60,000 nt of DNA from Lytechinus pictus (taxonomy: Eukaryota): NCBI RefSeq assembly GCF_037042905.1, contig NC_087252.1, positions 21,826,001 through 21,886,000 of the forward strand, read 5' to 3'. The translations under genes were made by a program, and so were the position numbers. Under the pieces are notes generated by a model. That model did not search any database and was not told where the DNA came from. It saw only the letters and a list, made by a program, of their open reading frames with translations. Of the stretch, positions 39,701 to 50,619 are shown one piece after another. Position 1 is the stretch's first letter. The number at the start of each line of letters is the position of its first letter.

Positions 39701-42700
39701 CCCTAAATTTTTAAAAACTTATTTTTCTATTGAAAATTATCACAAAATTCACCAAAAGTGTGCACGAAAGCCTTCGTATTTCACTTTTAAAACTCCGAAA
39801 AGTGCCCAAATGACAAGCTTGGTCGCTTCGCTGTGTCGCTTTCAACTTGAGAACGTTTACGCGTCTGCTCCCCCCCCCCCCCTCCTCTTAAAGAAATTCT
39901 GTATACGGCCATGCTCTAAAGAGCCTGGCACATTGATTTATGTATACTTTCATTTTCATTATTTTTATCTCATTATCAACATGGCCTTACGCAGAATTTT
40001 TTCCAGGGGGGCCGGGGCCGGAGCATGACGCGCGTAAACTTTCTCAAAAAAATCTTGAAAGCGAGACAGCCACGGGACCAAGCCCAAATGACAAGCTTTG
40101 TCGCTTCGCTGTCTCGCTTTCAACTTGAGAACGTTTACACGCGTCTGCCCCCACCCCCCGAAAGAAATTCTGTGAACAGCCATGCTCAAAAGAGCATATG
40201 GCACATTGATTTATATGTACTTTTCATTTTCATTATTTTTATCACATTATCATCATGGCCTTACGCAGAATTTTTTCCGGGGGGGGGGGGGGTGGGGGGA
40301 GCAGGACGCGCGTAAACTTTCTCATAAAAATCTTGAGAAAGCGAAGCGACCAAGCTTGTCATTTGAGCTTGGTCGCGTCGCTGTCTCGCTTTCAAGATTT
40401 TTTTGAGAAACTTTACGCGCGTCCTAGCTGCCCCCCCCCCCCCCCCCCCGGTAAAAATTCTGTGTAAGGCCATGATGATAATGTGATAAAAATAATGAAA
40501 ATGAAAAGTACATATAAATCAATGTGCCATATGCTCTTTTGAGCATGGCTGTTCACAGAATTTCTTTCGGGGGGTGGGGGCAGACGCGTGTAAACGTTCT
40601 CAAGTTGAAAGCGAGACAGCGAAGCGACAAAGCTTGTCATTTGGGCTTGGTCCCGTGGCTGTCTCGCTTTCAAGATTTTTTTGAGAAAGTTTACGCGCGT
40701 CATGCTCCGGCCCCGGCCCCCCTGGAAAAAATTCTGCGTAAGGCCATGTTGATAATGAGATAAAAATAATGAAAATGAAAGTATACATAAATCAATGTGC
40801 CAGGCTCTTTAGAGCATGGCCGTATACAGAATTTCTTTAAGAGGAGGGGGGGGGGGGGAGCAGACGCGTAAACGTTCTCAAGTTGAAAGCGACACAGCGA
40901 AGCGACCAAGCTTGTCATTTGGGCACTTTTCGGAGTTTTAAAAGTGAAATACGAAGGCTTTCGTGCACACTTTTGGTGAATTTTGTGATAATTTTCAATA
41001 GAAAAATAAGTTTTTAAAAATTTAGGGGTCATCATGCCCCCGTATTGTCGTTGCGAGCATTTTGGGGCCAGGGTGAAATCGCCCCAAACGCCTCAAACAG
41101 ACACTCCAAAATGTATTTGAAGTGCATTATTAGAACTGAAACTTATCTCTACACCAGGAAAAATTAACTTAACAAAAAAAGCAACAAGAAATATTTATAA
41201 AAAGTAGAAGGGCCTGTACAAGTACACTGATATTTCACTCTCTCAGCTCATATGCACTTGATCGACTTCCATCGAGGATTCGGGCTAAATTCCGCCCGCC
41301 ACTTCCGGGGACCAACCAACGTAGTATTTCGATGAAGAGCACTCCGTCGATTCACCGGTTGTCCCTACCGTACACGCGCGCCTATGGGGATTGTGAACTG
41401 TAGGAAAAATCGTATAAAATTACACTTTTTGATATTTCTACGAAGACGAAGTTATATAGAAAATGAAGAATATTACAATCAGACCATATCCCTAGAAAAT
41501 TGCTTCAAGAAATGTCATTATGAAGAGGAAATGGACAAAAATTTGTGAAGAAAAATCACGAAAAAGGAAATCGCATCATGAATATTCATATCATGGGCGG
41601 TCCCACATTTGCATGTTATAGCGAGTTTTCCATTATTTAATAAATAATGGCATTATTTAATAAATAATGGCATTATTTAATAAATAATGGTTATTTGTAT
41701 ATAAATAATGATTATTTGTATATAATGGCAAACTGTAAAAATTGTTTATAAATAATGATTATTTATAAATAATGGGATATTGAAACAAAATTATTATTTA
41801 TAAATAATGAAGTAGATATTTCATTATTTAACAAATAATCTTTATTTATAAATAATGGAAAACTCGAACATTAAATAATGATTATTTATAAATAATGAGA
41901 ATAATGGTGCACTCGAAAAAATTATTTATAAATAATGAAGTAGACGTTTTCATTATTTAACAAATAATCATTATTTATAAATAATGGAAAACTCAACAAA
42001 TTATTTATAAATAATGAAAAACAAATAATCATTATTTATAAATAATGAAAAACAAATAATCATTATTTGTAAATAATGAAAAACAAATAATCATTATTTA
42101 TAAATAATGAAAAACAAATAATCATTATTTATAAATAATGAAAAACAAATAATCATTATTTATAAATAATGAAAAACAAATAATCATTATTTATAAATAA
42201 TGAAAAACAAATAATCATTATTTATAAATAATGAAAAACAAATAATCATTATTTATAAATAATGGAATGTCGAACTATTATTATTTACAAATAATGAAGT
42301 ATTACTTGGAATTATATATAAATAATTAGAAATGATATTTTATATAATAGTAGTTATTTACAAATAAAATGTAAATTATATATAAATAATAGTTATTATT
42401 TAATAAATAATGATTATATAACAAATAATTGTTCTATATAATAATGGTACATTCGGCGCCTCATAGAACTCAAACGTTTCTGTGTAAGCAGCTACCACCT
42501 CTTTTGTTCTTCTTCTTCTCTTCCACCCTTTCCTCTCATTTCTTTTTTCTCTCTCTCTCTCTTCCCATCACCTTAATGTCTAGTTCTATTGCTTTTCTAA
42601 TCTTCCCGTTTGTCTATGTTTGTAGTGTGTTTTGTTTTGTTTCTTTTCCTTTTTTTTCGCTGTCTTGTCCTGTTCTGTCCTGTTTTGTTTTTGTTTGTGT

Positions 42701-45700
42701 GTGTGTGTGTGTGCCTTTTTTGTTTTTGTTTTTGTTTTATTTTTAGTTTTCGTCCTGTCTTGTCCAAGTGATTGTCTGTTCACACACTCCTGAACTCAGG
42801 GTTTTTTTTTTATACAGCAGGGATATATGATATAATATTTTCTTTTTGTTAATTGTAACATAGTGAGTAGGCATAAAAAGCTTGACCCCACTAGTATTCT
42901 TTTTCATTGTACAAACATTTTTAATTTACGATTTGAATTTCATTGATCAAAGATATACTTTAACTATTTATTGCAGAAACCCATACTAACAAGCTTTGCT
43001 TTCCAGTGGGTTCACTTTTTTCCATTTCTGGATATTATAGTTTTGTGTTTTGCTTTACATTGTAACTTTTGTTGAATTTTGGAATGAAAAAGAATAAATG
43101 CAATCAATAAAAATTGATAAAAGCACCCCCCCAAAAAACGGTTGTCGCGGTAGCAGAACACATTTCAAATTTGTTTCGGAATTCATATTTCTCATGGGTA
43201 CTGAAGGTGGTTTGGTGATCCTCTATAACCCAACAAATGTAAGCCTATACAATTTCTGCCATTTTTACACAGTCATATATCACAAAGTCATGGCTTAATA
43301 CTTTGATAGTGAAAAGGGGAGATCTTTACTTACCGCTGATTTCTAGTTTTACCGACGCGGTCCCGAGAAGATTGGAAGCATAACACTTATAAATGCCATA
43401 ATCAGGTTCTTCTAGTTTGACGAATACGAGGGATCTGTTAGAGATTTTAAAAAAATACACAGTTCCACGCACTTAACTGTTCATCCCATAATAATCGGTG
43501 CGTGGAAGTTCTCAGTTTGGACGATGAACTAACGAAATCACGTATCATTGAGTTGCACATTACTATAATAATCTCAAGTTGCAACGGCCTAACCGAGCTT
43601 TAAATTTTCAGGAGTGAGGGGGTTGGAGGACCCATGAGATAAAGAAAAACATAAGCTAAATCAATCTGCGTTTTTGTGTGGGGGGGGGGGGGGGTGAGTT
43701 GCTGCAACAATAATTTCATGAGAAAATCTTTAAAGTCAAGTTTAAATTTTACCAAATCAGGACATATCTAGTTTTATGTACATAAAGCCAACTCTGTCAA
43801 ATCATTAATTTGAAGCTGAAAAAAATGACCACACTAAAGATAATAAACACAGATAAACACATGTGGAACAGGGTATTACATTGATGTGGAAAACTCCCGA
43901 CAAATTGCTGAAATACCATGCTGTTTTGCTTATTTCTCAGCAATTACACTATTTCTCCCAGAATCATTTTGACATAGTTATATTTTTGTATTCATACATA
44001 CAAACACGTGGGTGGTCATTAGATTGGATTCTGCACGAACTCATTTTGAAATAGTTACCACAACTGGCATTTATCTTTAGCCTCAAAGCTTTCTTCTTTC
44101 ATATTGCACCCCCCCCCCCCCACTCGAACAAAAAAAAATCATTTTGAGGGGTTGTCAACCAAGGCAAATAAAACTTAACCACCCCTCCCCTCCCATATCC
44201 TGGATTCGCCACTGAAAGCATTCCCATCCTTTCCCTCTTGATCTCATATTAGGATGTTTCGCACGACGACCTACGGAGGATTCAAGAACATAGAAAATGT
44301 ATTGTCAAATGCCCTTCATGACAAAGCACAACCAAGAAGTCTTTGTCGAAAATTGGTGAATACAAACATTTATTCCTGACTGAAATTTTTGATCAGCTCC
44401 GAAACTTGGAACGAAACTGCTGTTCCGTTTCGCTAATTTTCGACAAAGACCTCTCAGCTATTCTTTGTCATTTGACTGTCATTTTCAATACATTCACGGT
44501 GTTCTTGGATCCTCCGTTCGTCAGTGAGCAAAAAAAGTCATATTACCTTTGTGATGTAAGAAACCTTTCTTCATCTTCTTTATTTTGAATCCATCTGTAT
44601 CTCGCTGGAGGGGAACCGTCGGCATCACAGTCGATTTTGATGTAACTGTTCAGTCCAGCATAGATGACAGATGGGAGGGAAGATATACTGGGCTTATCTG
44701 TGTTTATAGAGAATGATAGTGGGAGAGAGGGTGCGAGAGAGCATGGGCGTAAATCTGTCCCCAAAGTTAGGGAAACCATGGGCTGGAAACTTTGACAAGC
44801 AAAAAAAAAAGGTTATCACCCAACATTTAAGGTCATTTAACCAAAAAAGTTGTAATTGCATTTAGTCCAAAATACATGTATTATTTCGATTTTGAATGAT
44901 GTATTTTTCTCCATTATAAAAAACCAAACATAGTAGGGGGACATTTGATATTGTGCCCCCCTACTATTTTTGGTAGGGGGACGTGCCCCCTGGGATTTTC
45001 GCCCATGGGAGAGCGCGAGAGAGAGCGTGGGGGAACGAGAGGGAATGTATTCACCAAGTGAAGGAAATGAAATAAGTGTTAATTAGATAAATTTAGTAAA
45101 TCAAAATTATTTTGGTTCAGGTGCTCGATCAAAACAAAATATCTGCGTATTTTCTTTTTTTTTCAGATTGTTCTTTGGGCCTGCTGTTGCCATAATAAAA
45201 TGATGAAAAGAAGCCCATACCTTTAATACCTTTATACCTTTAAAAACTGTTCTTAACACTTCAAATACTTAACACTTCAAATATTGCAATATTTCAATGT
45301 AATTAATTGGAGGGGGGTTGTAATGTGAAATTGGCTATCCTTATTGGGCTTTCACAAATAGTAAAACTTGCTAAATCCAGTTTCGTTAACAATGGGTTTC
45401 GTTCAAAATGCAGTCATGGTTTCATTCAAGCATCCTTGGACATACTTGGCTGGTTTGACCACTAAAATATTGCGTAAGCATTAATTTTTGGACTGAAAAA
45501 TTTCACCAAATCGAAAATCCTTTAATTTCACTTTAGAAAATGCATAAGCGCCCGATGACAAGGTCTGTCCTTGTCGCTTCGCTTTTGACTTTCTTAAAAA
45601 AAATATATATAAAAATTACGTGTCTTGCCCCCCTCCCTGGAAAAAAATTCTGCATACGGCCATGATTATACTTGACCAAATCAAGAGTCAATTGGGGGTA

Positions 45701-48598
45701 TCAATAATGTACCACCTATAGGAGGCATTCGTTTCAAGCGAGCTTATAGGGAATGATTTTGGCGGGAAAGAGGCAGAAGCAATTGAAGTGTTGAGGAAGC
45801 AGGTTGTCTCACCAATGTCTAGACAAATTAAAATCAAATCCTAGAACATCTTAATGTATGCAGAGGACATTAACCTAGAGGTGAGCGCGAGGCTGTTTGT
45901 TTTTATACCAGCATAAACCAGTCTGGACTTTGCCATCTTTCACTAAATTTGTAAGGTATGCCTTATTACCAATTGGCTTTTAAAATACTTTGTTGACCCC
46001 CCCCCCTAAAATACAATACAAAAGATGTTACTTAAAATTGATATTTTAAGATAAATGAAAACATTATCAAGTGACAGTACTAGATACGAAACAAACCCAA
46101 ATTTGAATTTTAACAGTTGAACAACATGAATGACTACTGCACTTTTGTGAATTGCAATGTTGGAATATATTCCAGCTATTCACATTATTGACCCTTATAA
46201 CTAAAGCTTTACACATGTATTAAATAATATTTCCTTCGTGAAATGAAAAACAAGCTCCAACTTACATTGCACAATCAACCTAATGCTTTTCTCCGCTTCG
46301 CCGTATGAATTACTCGCTCTGCAAACGTAGTCACCTCCGAGATCACGTGATACATTATCAACAACCAATCGGATTCCTCCATTTACGTTAACATACTGCA
46401 TATTCATCGCCGACTCGATATCGTTGACCAATGAGATCCATTGTAAGAGCGGCGGTGGAAATCCAGTAATGATGCAATCGACATAGAACGAATTTGATTC
46501 GTTGACGGTGATGGTAGGAGTTTGGACCTGGAGGTCAATGGCGCATTCTCCGTAGTTGATGGCCTGGATAAATGACGGCCCTGAAGAAAAACGAGGGAAA
46601 GGAAAAAAGTATGAATAGATGACATGAATAGAAAAAAAAAATCAATGAGAATTTGTCGGATCTAAGACGATAGAAAAACGCCTTTATTGCAATCCGTCTG
46701 AAATTTCTGGGGGCAAAAATATCGACATTGTCAAATGGATGTTGGACATTCATTTTGTTAGAATTAAGCTATATTTTGCCTCTCACTTTGAAATATCCCC
46801 GGGGGGGCCACTTACATTGACGAGTGGATACCATGCGCGACCAAAAAAACACGTAAAAAGGATGTCTTTTTCACGATAGGGCACGTTACGTACGTAACGT
46901 GATAAGGGTGTCAAAAACACAAAAATAATGAAAAAAGGGTATCTATTTCGCTAAGAAAATTACGTGTTTAGGGTCGAATTTGCGGGGATGATAAGACAAA
47001 ATTAAAATGTTCTATAAAGGATGTCCTTTTTGCCCCAACACTTCGTGTTTAGAGTCCGATTTGCGCGAGGTGTAGAAGGTGGGGTCGTACTGAACCAAAT
47101 AAGGTAAAGCCGAAGACCGAAGGACCCGTAACAATAAAACATTCCTGTACTTGTTTAGGGGCTCATTTCAGGAAATATTTGCCAAGAGTATCGTTTATTT
47201 CCAATACTTGTTAAGGGTAGGGTTTTAGACGCCAATACTTGTTAAGGGGTGCATTTTCAGAATATGGAAATTACGTGTTTAGGGTGCTTTTCGAGACCCC
47301 ATGGTCGCGCATGGTATCCACTCGTGAATGGAAGTGGCCCCCCCGGGGAAATATCACGGCTAAATAGTAAGTCTGCAAGCCAAAGGGGATAGTCGTGTAT
47401 GTCGGTATGCGTGTGTGTGAGAGGATGCGTGTGGGTGGGTGTGGGTGTGTGTGAGAGGACGCGTGTGGATGGGTGTGTTTGAGGGTGTGTGTGAATGTGT
47501 GAGAGAGAGAGAGAATGCGTGTGTTGGGCGTGGGCGAGTGTCAAGGGTGGGTGCGTTTGTATGAGATAGGATGTGTGCGTGTGGCGAGTATGTGATGATG
47601 ATGTAAGGTGTTGGTTGGGGACTGTTTTTGATTGTGACGTTTGGTGTATTAAAACCAAAAAAAAAAAACTTGTCTCATATCCACCATTTTATAGGAAGAT
47701 AACGTCGCCTTCCCGGAGAAAGGCCGTTAACGTATTTTGGCGCCAAAAAAAAAAAATCGAATTTTGTTTTATTGCTGAAATGGAAAAAGCATGTCATGAA
47801 CTTTCTTCTGGTACCATTCTCGAACCTAAATGTGACCTCATTATGACATAATAAGCAAAAACATTCCCACGTGCTTTAGCACATAGACGCGTCCTTTCTC
47901 TGGGAACAAGACGTTTCTCGTTCAACGTGCGTACGCGCATAGACGATTCGCGCTAGCGGCCTTTCTGCGGTCACTGGATCAGCGGATTACGTATTTTTCT
48001 TAAGGGCGTAAGGTATTCCTTCTTAAGATTAGAAAGCATTTAGAGTGTTTTAAATAAAAAATATATATCAATGAATGAAATATCTTGCTTTCTCAGAAAT
48101 GAAAATTAGGACAGAAAATAATACACTAGTTGCTAAAAGCACAAAAATAAGGTCAAAACATGACTTGCGTTTTCTCGAAAATGTACTTTTCGCGCACGTG
48201 CGCGTTAACGGCCTTTCTACAGGAAGGCGACAATAATTTAGCAAAATAAGAAAAGAACAGCTTACGTCCTATACGTAACTCGATCTGTCGAGATGTTGGG
48301 GTTCTCGTATTTATCTGGCAGATGTATACACCCTCATCAGTTAATCCAACGGAAGCAATAAACAGGTCAAAGGTTGTGTTTCCTTTTCGTCTGACATCAA
48401 AGCGGGGATTGCGAGTGTTGGAGAGTGCTTGGGGAAGAGAAGATATTACCAAAATCATTTTTACTTTCTTGACATAATCGATTGTCATTATCACTAACAT
48501 CATCTTCATCATCAAAAGCATCACCACCGTGCACCAATATCGTTGCCATCATCACCGTTGCAACGATTAAGACCACCACCACCACCATCATCTTCATC

Positions 48599-48629
<31 letters not shown>

Positions 48630-50619
48630 CTTTTATCATTGTCATTATCATCACCACCATCATAATCACCATCATTATTATCAGCAACACCGCCATAATC
48701 ACGGTCATCATCTTCCTCATCCTCATCGCTATATCATCATCACCACTACCACTATCATCTTCATCATTATCATCATCATCACAACCACAACCATCATCAT
48801 CACCACCACTACCACTGCCATCCCCATCATTACCATTATCATCATCATCATAGTCATACAATCATAATCATCATCTTCACCACCACCACCACCACCCCAA
48901 CTCACATTGTACAGGGTCTTCTTTTAGCCATGTCACTTCCAAACCTTTGAGATCACCGGTTACCCTACAGGGCAGAACTGCATCCTCGCCGTCGAGAACG
49001 ACCACCAACCCCTTCTCATCATTTACGAATACCGGTTCATCTGGAGCAAAATGGGCAAATTGGTGATTTACATACGCTTGGTCTACGAGCACTTGTGGAT
49101 TTTTCCTAAATGGATTTTACTGCCACGTTGTCACTAGCTCTTCGAGATCCTTTTAGCAGCTTATTTTCCGATACCTCAAATAGCACAAGGAAAATACTGA
49201 TCATCCAAACATGCTAAAGTGTAATTGTCTAAAAGCAGTTTTATTTTGTTTTAGCTATACATTCAATTGTTTATCATAAAATTTTCACGGCCCATGAATT
49301 TCGCCATGAAATATTTCCATTTCACCTCTCAGATGAGCGGCCTTCCTCTGACGGTCGTTAGTATTTAGGCAAGTTTCTATTATGACAGTTGATAAAAAAG
49401 AGATTTTTATTTCATAATGGACGAAGTTGTGATAATTTAATAAAGATATCAAGAACGTTGAAAATATTACTTACTTGTAGAGTTTGTGGGCTTGTTCTCC
49501 ATGCATTCTCGCAGCTCTCGTTCTAGCAAACACGCAGACTTGCTATCCTTTACGTTCAATCTCTTCATACACGCACGTAGTAGGCCATTGTCATTGAAGA
49601 CAGTGCACATGATAACGGATGGAGAAGCTGGCAACAATTAAGAGACAATGACCATAACATGAATGAATGAATTTGTACTTGAATGACCCCGAGCTCCCCC
49701 CCCCCCCCCTCCCATCATCTAAAGGCCAGTGGTTGACATTCCGGCCGTCGAAACACGATTTGTAATTCTCATGATAATAGCCATACTAATTGTACTTTTT
49801 AAACGGGCGTTGTTGTTCTTTACAGCCATCAGAAACAGGTTTGTAGAATACCTAGACAATTGGTAATCAAAATGACCGTAAAATTTAGGATTTTGCGTAT
49901 GAAAATTCGAATTCCGACCAATTGGGTTTAGATAGTGATGGAGTAACAGCAAACTAATTCCCCATCAAAGCCCCCAGCAGAACTATTTCAGGCATGCACT
50001 TTGTTAATCCTCCTTGAAAATGAGAAGACACAAGATTTCTTGACACCATGACGAACAGGTGGCGTAAAATGGGGAAAATTCCTTTGTGATAACATGGACC
50101 TACTAACAATTACTTTTAGCTGCATCTAGGTCTGGTAACGTGAGCAGTTTAATTCTGACCTTTTCAGGGGCATGCGAAAAGAAATGATGCAATACAATCT
50201 TTAACAAAATCATTCTTGCAAGGAAATAAAAGATAGAAAGAAAGAAAGAAAAAAGAAAGAGAGAGAGAGAAAAAGAAAGAAAGAGATCAAGAAGGAAGGA
50301 AGGAAGGAACGAAAGAAAGAAACAAAGAAAGAAAGAAAAAAATACGAAGGGGGAAGGAAGGAAGGAAGAAAGGAAGGAAGGAAGTAAGGAAGGAAAGAAA
50401 GAATGAAAGAAAGAAAGAGAGAGAGGGAGAAAGAAAGAAATAAAGAAAGAGCAATTTGGAAGAAAAAACATATAAAAATGGAAGAAAGGTTGTATGAATG
50501 TTCAAATTAGAATTAGAAATTAAAAGTAAAACAATATGAATCAATAATACAGTGCACTTACCAGCAACTAGAAGATAAGGTAGCAGAATAAAGATACACA
50601 CTTCAATTGCACACGACAT
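33625..50619 (-). CDS. IgSF cell-surface protein, about 537 aa: signal peptide, 4-Cys module, 3 Ig, 1 FN3, GPI-like C-terminal signal (Klingon/Wrapper/Lachesin/IgLON-like)
   Basis: 11 phase-consistent exons on the minus strand: 50562-50619 (MSCAIEVCIFILLPYLLVA), 49475-49627, 48906-49040, 48266-48427 (DEGVYICQINT), 46266-46580 (GGDYVCRASNSYG), 44547-44697, 43334-43434 (DYGIYKCYASNLLG), 36734-36885, 35800-35995 (LYAGTTYELVLFGRNSLGNG), 34951-34998, 33625-33767 (hydrophobic tail ILTYCLVAIIVTMFHGAWLCG*). Total 1614 nt. Confidence 0.85.
34951..34998 (-). CDS. IgSF gene exon 10 (Ser/Thr/Asp linker)
   Basis: cag|..DASTDEDSTTDKRKG|gtaagt, phase 1-1. Confidence 0.65.
35800..35995 (-). CDS. IgSF gene exon 9 (FN3 C-half)
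   Basis: SHVLRDLYAGTTYELVLFGRNSLGNG..VFNT. Confidence 0.85.
36734..36885 (-). CDS. IgSF gene exon 8 (FN3 N-half)
   Basis: KPMRPTILSSVTGLRRHAYELVW..IDEFIVSYRP. Confidence 0.82.
38263..42465. mobile_element. 4.2-kb foldback (near-perfect palindromic) non-autonomous DNA element
   Basis: Ends TATGAGGCGCCGAATGTACC..GGTACATTCGGCGCCTCATA, flanking direct repeat GAACTC (38257-38262 and 42466-42471), arms of about 2 kb mirrored around about 40364 (identical mirror ORFs in the track). Confidence 0.9.
38290..39100. repeat. AT-rich tandem array (31-bp unit containing the palindrome CATTATTTATAAATAATG), left arm outer domain
   Basis: repeated cattatttataaataatgattatttgttttt; mirrored at about 41630-42440. 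Confidence 0.9.
43334..43434 (-). CDS. IgSF gene exon 7 (Ig3 C-half)
   Basis: SLVFVKLEEPDYGIYKCYASNLLGTASVKLEIS. Confidence 0.85.
44547..44697 (-). CDS. IgSF gene exon 6 (Ig3 N-half)
   Basis: KPSISSLPSVIYAGLNSYIKIDCDADGSPPARYRW. Confidence 0.85.
46266..46580 (-). CDS. IgSF gene exon 5 (Ig2)
   Basis: VDCIITGFPPPLLQW...LVVDNVSRDLGGDYVCRASNSYG. Confidence 0.88.
46798..47347. mobile_element. Non-autonomous DNA transposon with 8-bp TSD
   Basis: CCCGGGGGGGCCACTT..GAGTGGATACCATGCGCGACCA TIRs; TSD GAAATATC on both sides. Confidence 0.85.
47704..48231. mobile_element. MITE
   Basis: GTCGCCTTCC..AGAAAGGCCGTTAACG / CGTTAACGGCCTTTCT..GGAAGGCGAC. Confidence 0.7.
48266..48427 (-). CDS. IgSF gene exon 4 (Ig1 C-half)
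   Basis: NPRFDV..TFDLFIASVGLTDEGVYICQINT. Confidence 0.88.
48480..48895. repeat. (CAT)n microsatellite
   Basis: fills most of the intron between Ig exons 3 and 4. Confidence 0.85.
48906..49040 (-). CDS. IgSF gene exon 3 (Ig1 N-half)
   Basis: EPVFVNDEKGLVVVLDGEDAVLPCRVTGDLKGLEVTWLK. Confidence 0.85.
49475..49627 (-). CDS. IgSF gene exon 2 (4-Cys module)
   Basis: SPSVIMCTVFNDNGLLRACMKRLNVKDSKSACLLERELRECMENKPTNST; ccag|..|gtaagt; ORF also intact in the paralog at 59543-59692. Confidence 0.75.
50562..50619 (-). CDS. IgSF gene exon 1 (signal peptide)
   Basis: ATG TCG TGT..GTT GCT G|gtaagt; hydrophobic 19 aa. Confidence 0.75.

Larger units (their letters stand above)
37110..43110 (+). mobile_element. 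5'-truncated, frameshifted CR1/L2/Crack-type LINE (RT C-terminal part plus 3' UTR), split by a foldback insertion
   Basis: RT motifs FLDFSKAFD, GVPQGS, LFADDS, KLSLNLQKTNYM, KFLGVTID at 37161-38135 with frameshifts; 3' UTR resumes after 42471 and ends near AATAAA at about 43093. Confidence 0.85.

Noticed and set aside
39693..41035. Paired identical ORFs on opposite strands
   Set aside because: A by-product of the palindrome; no transposase or other domain is recognisable.
48397..48861. Asp/Met-rich and Ser/Ile-rich ORFs
   Set aside because: (CAT)n microsatellite within an intron.
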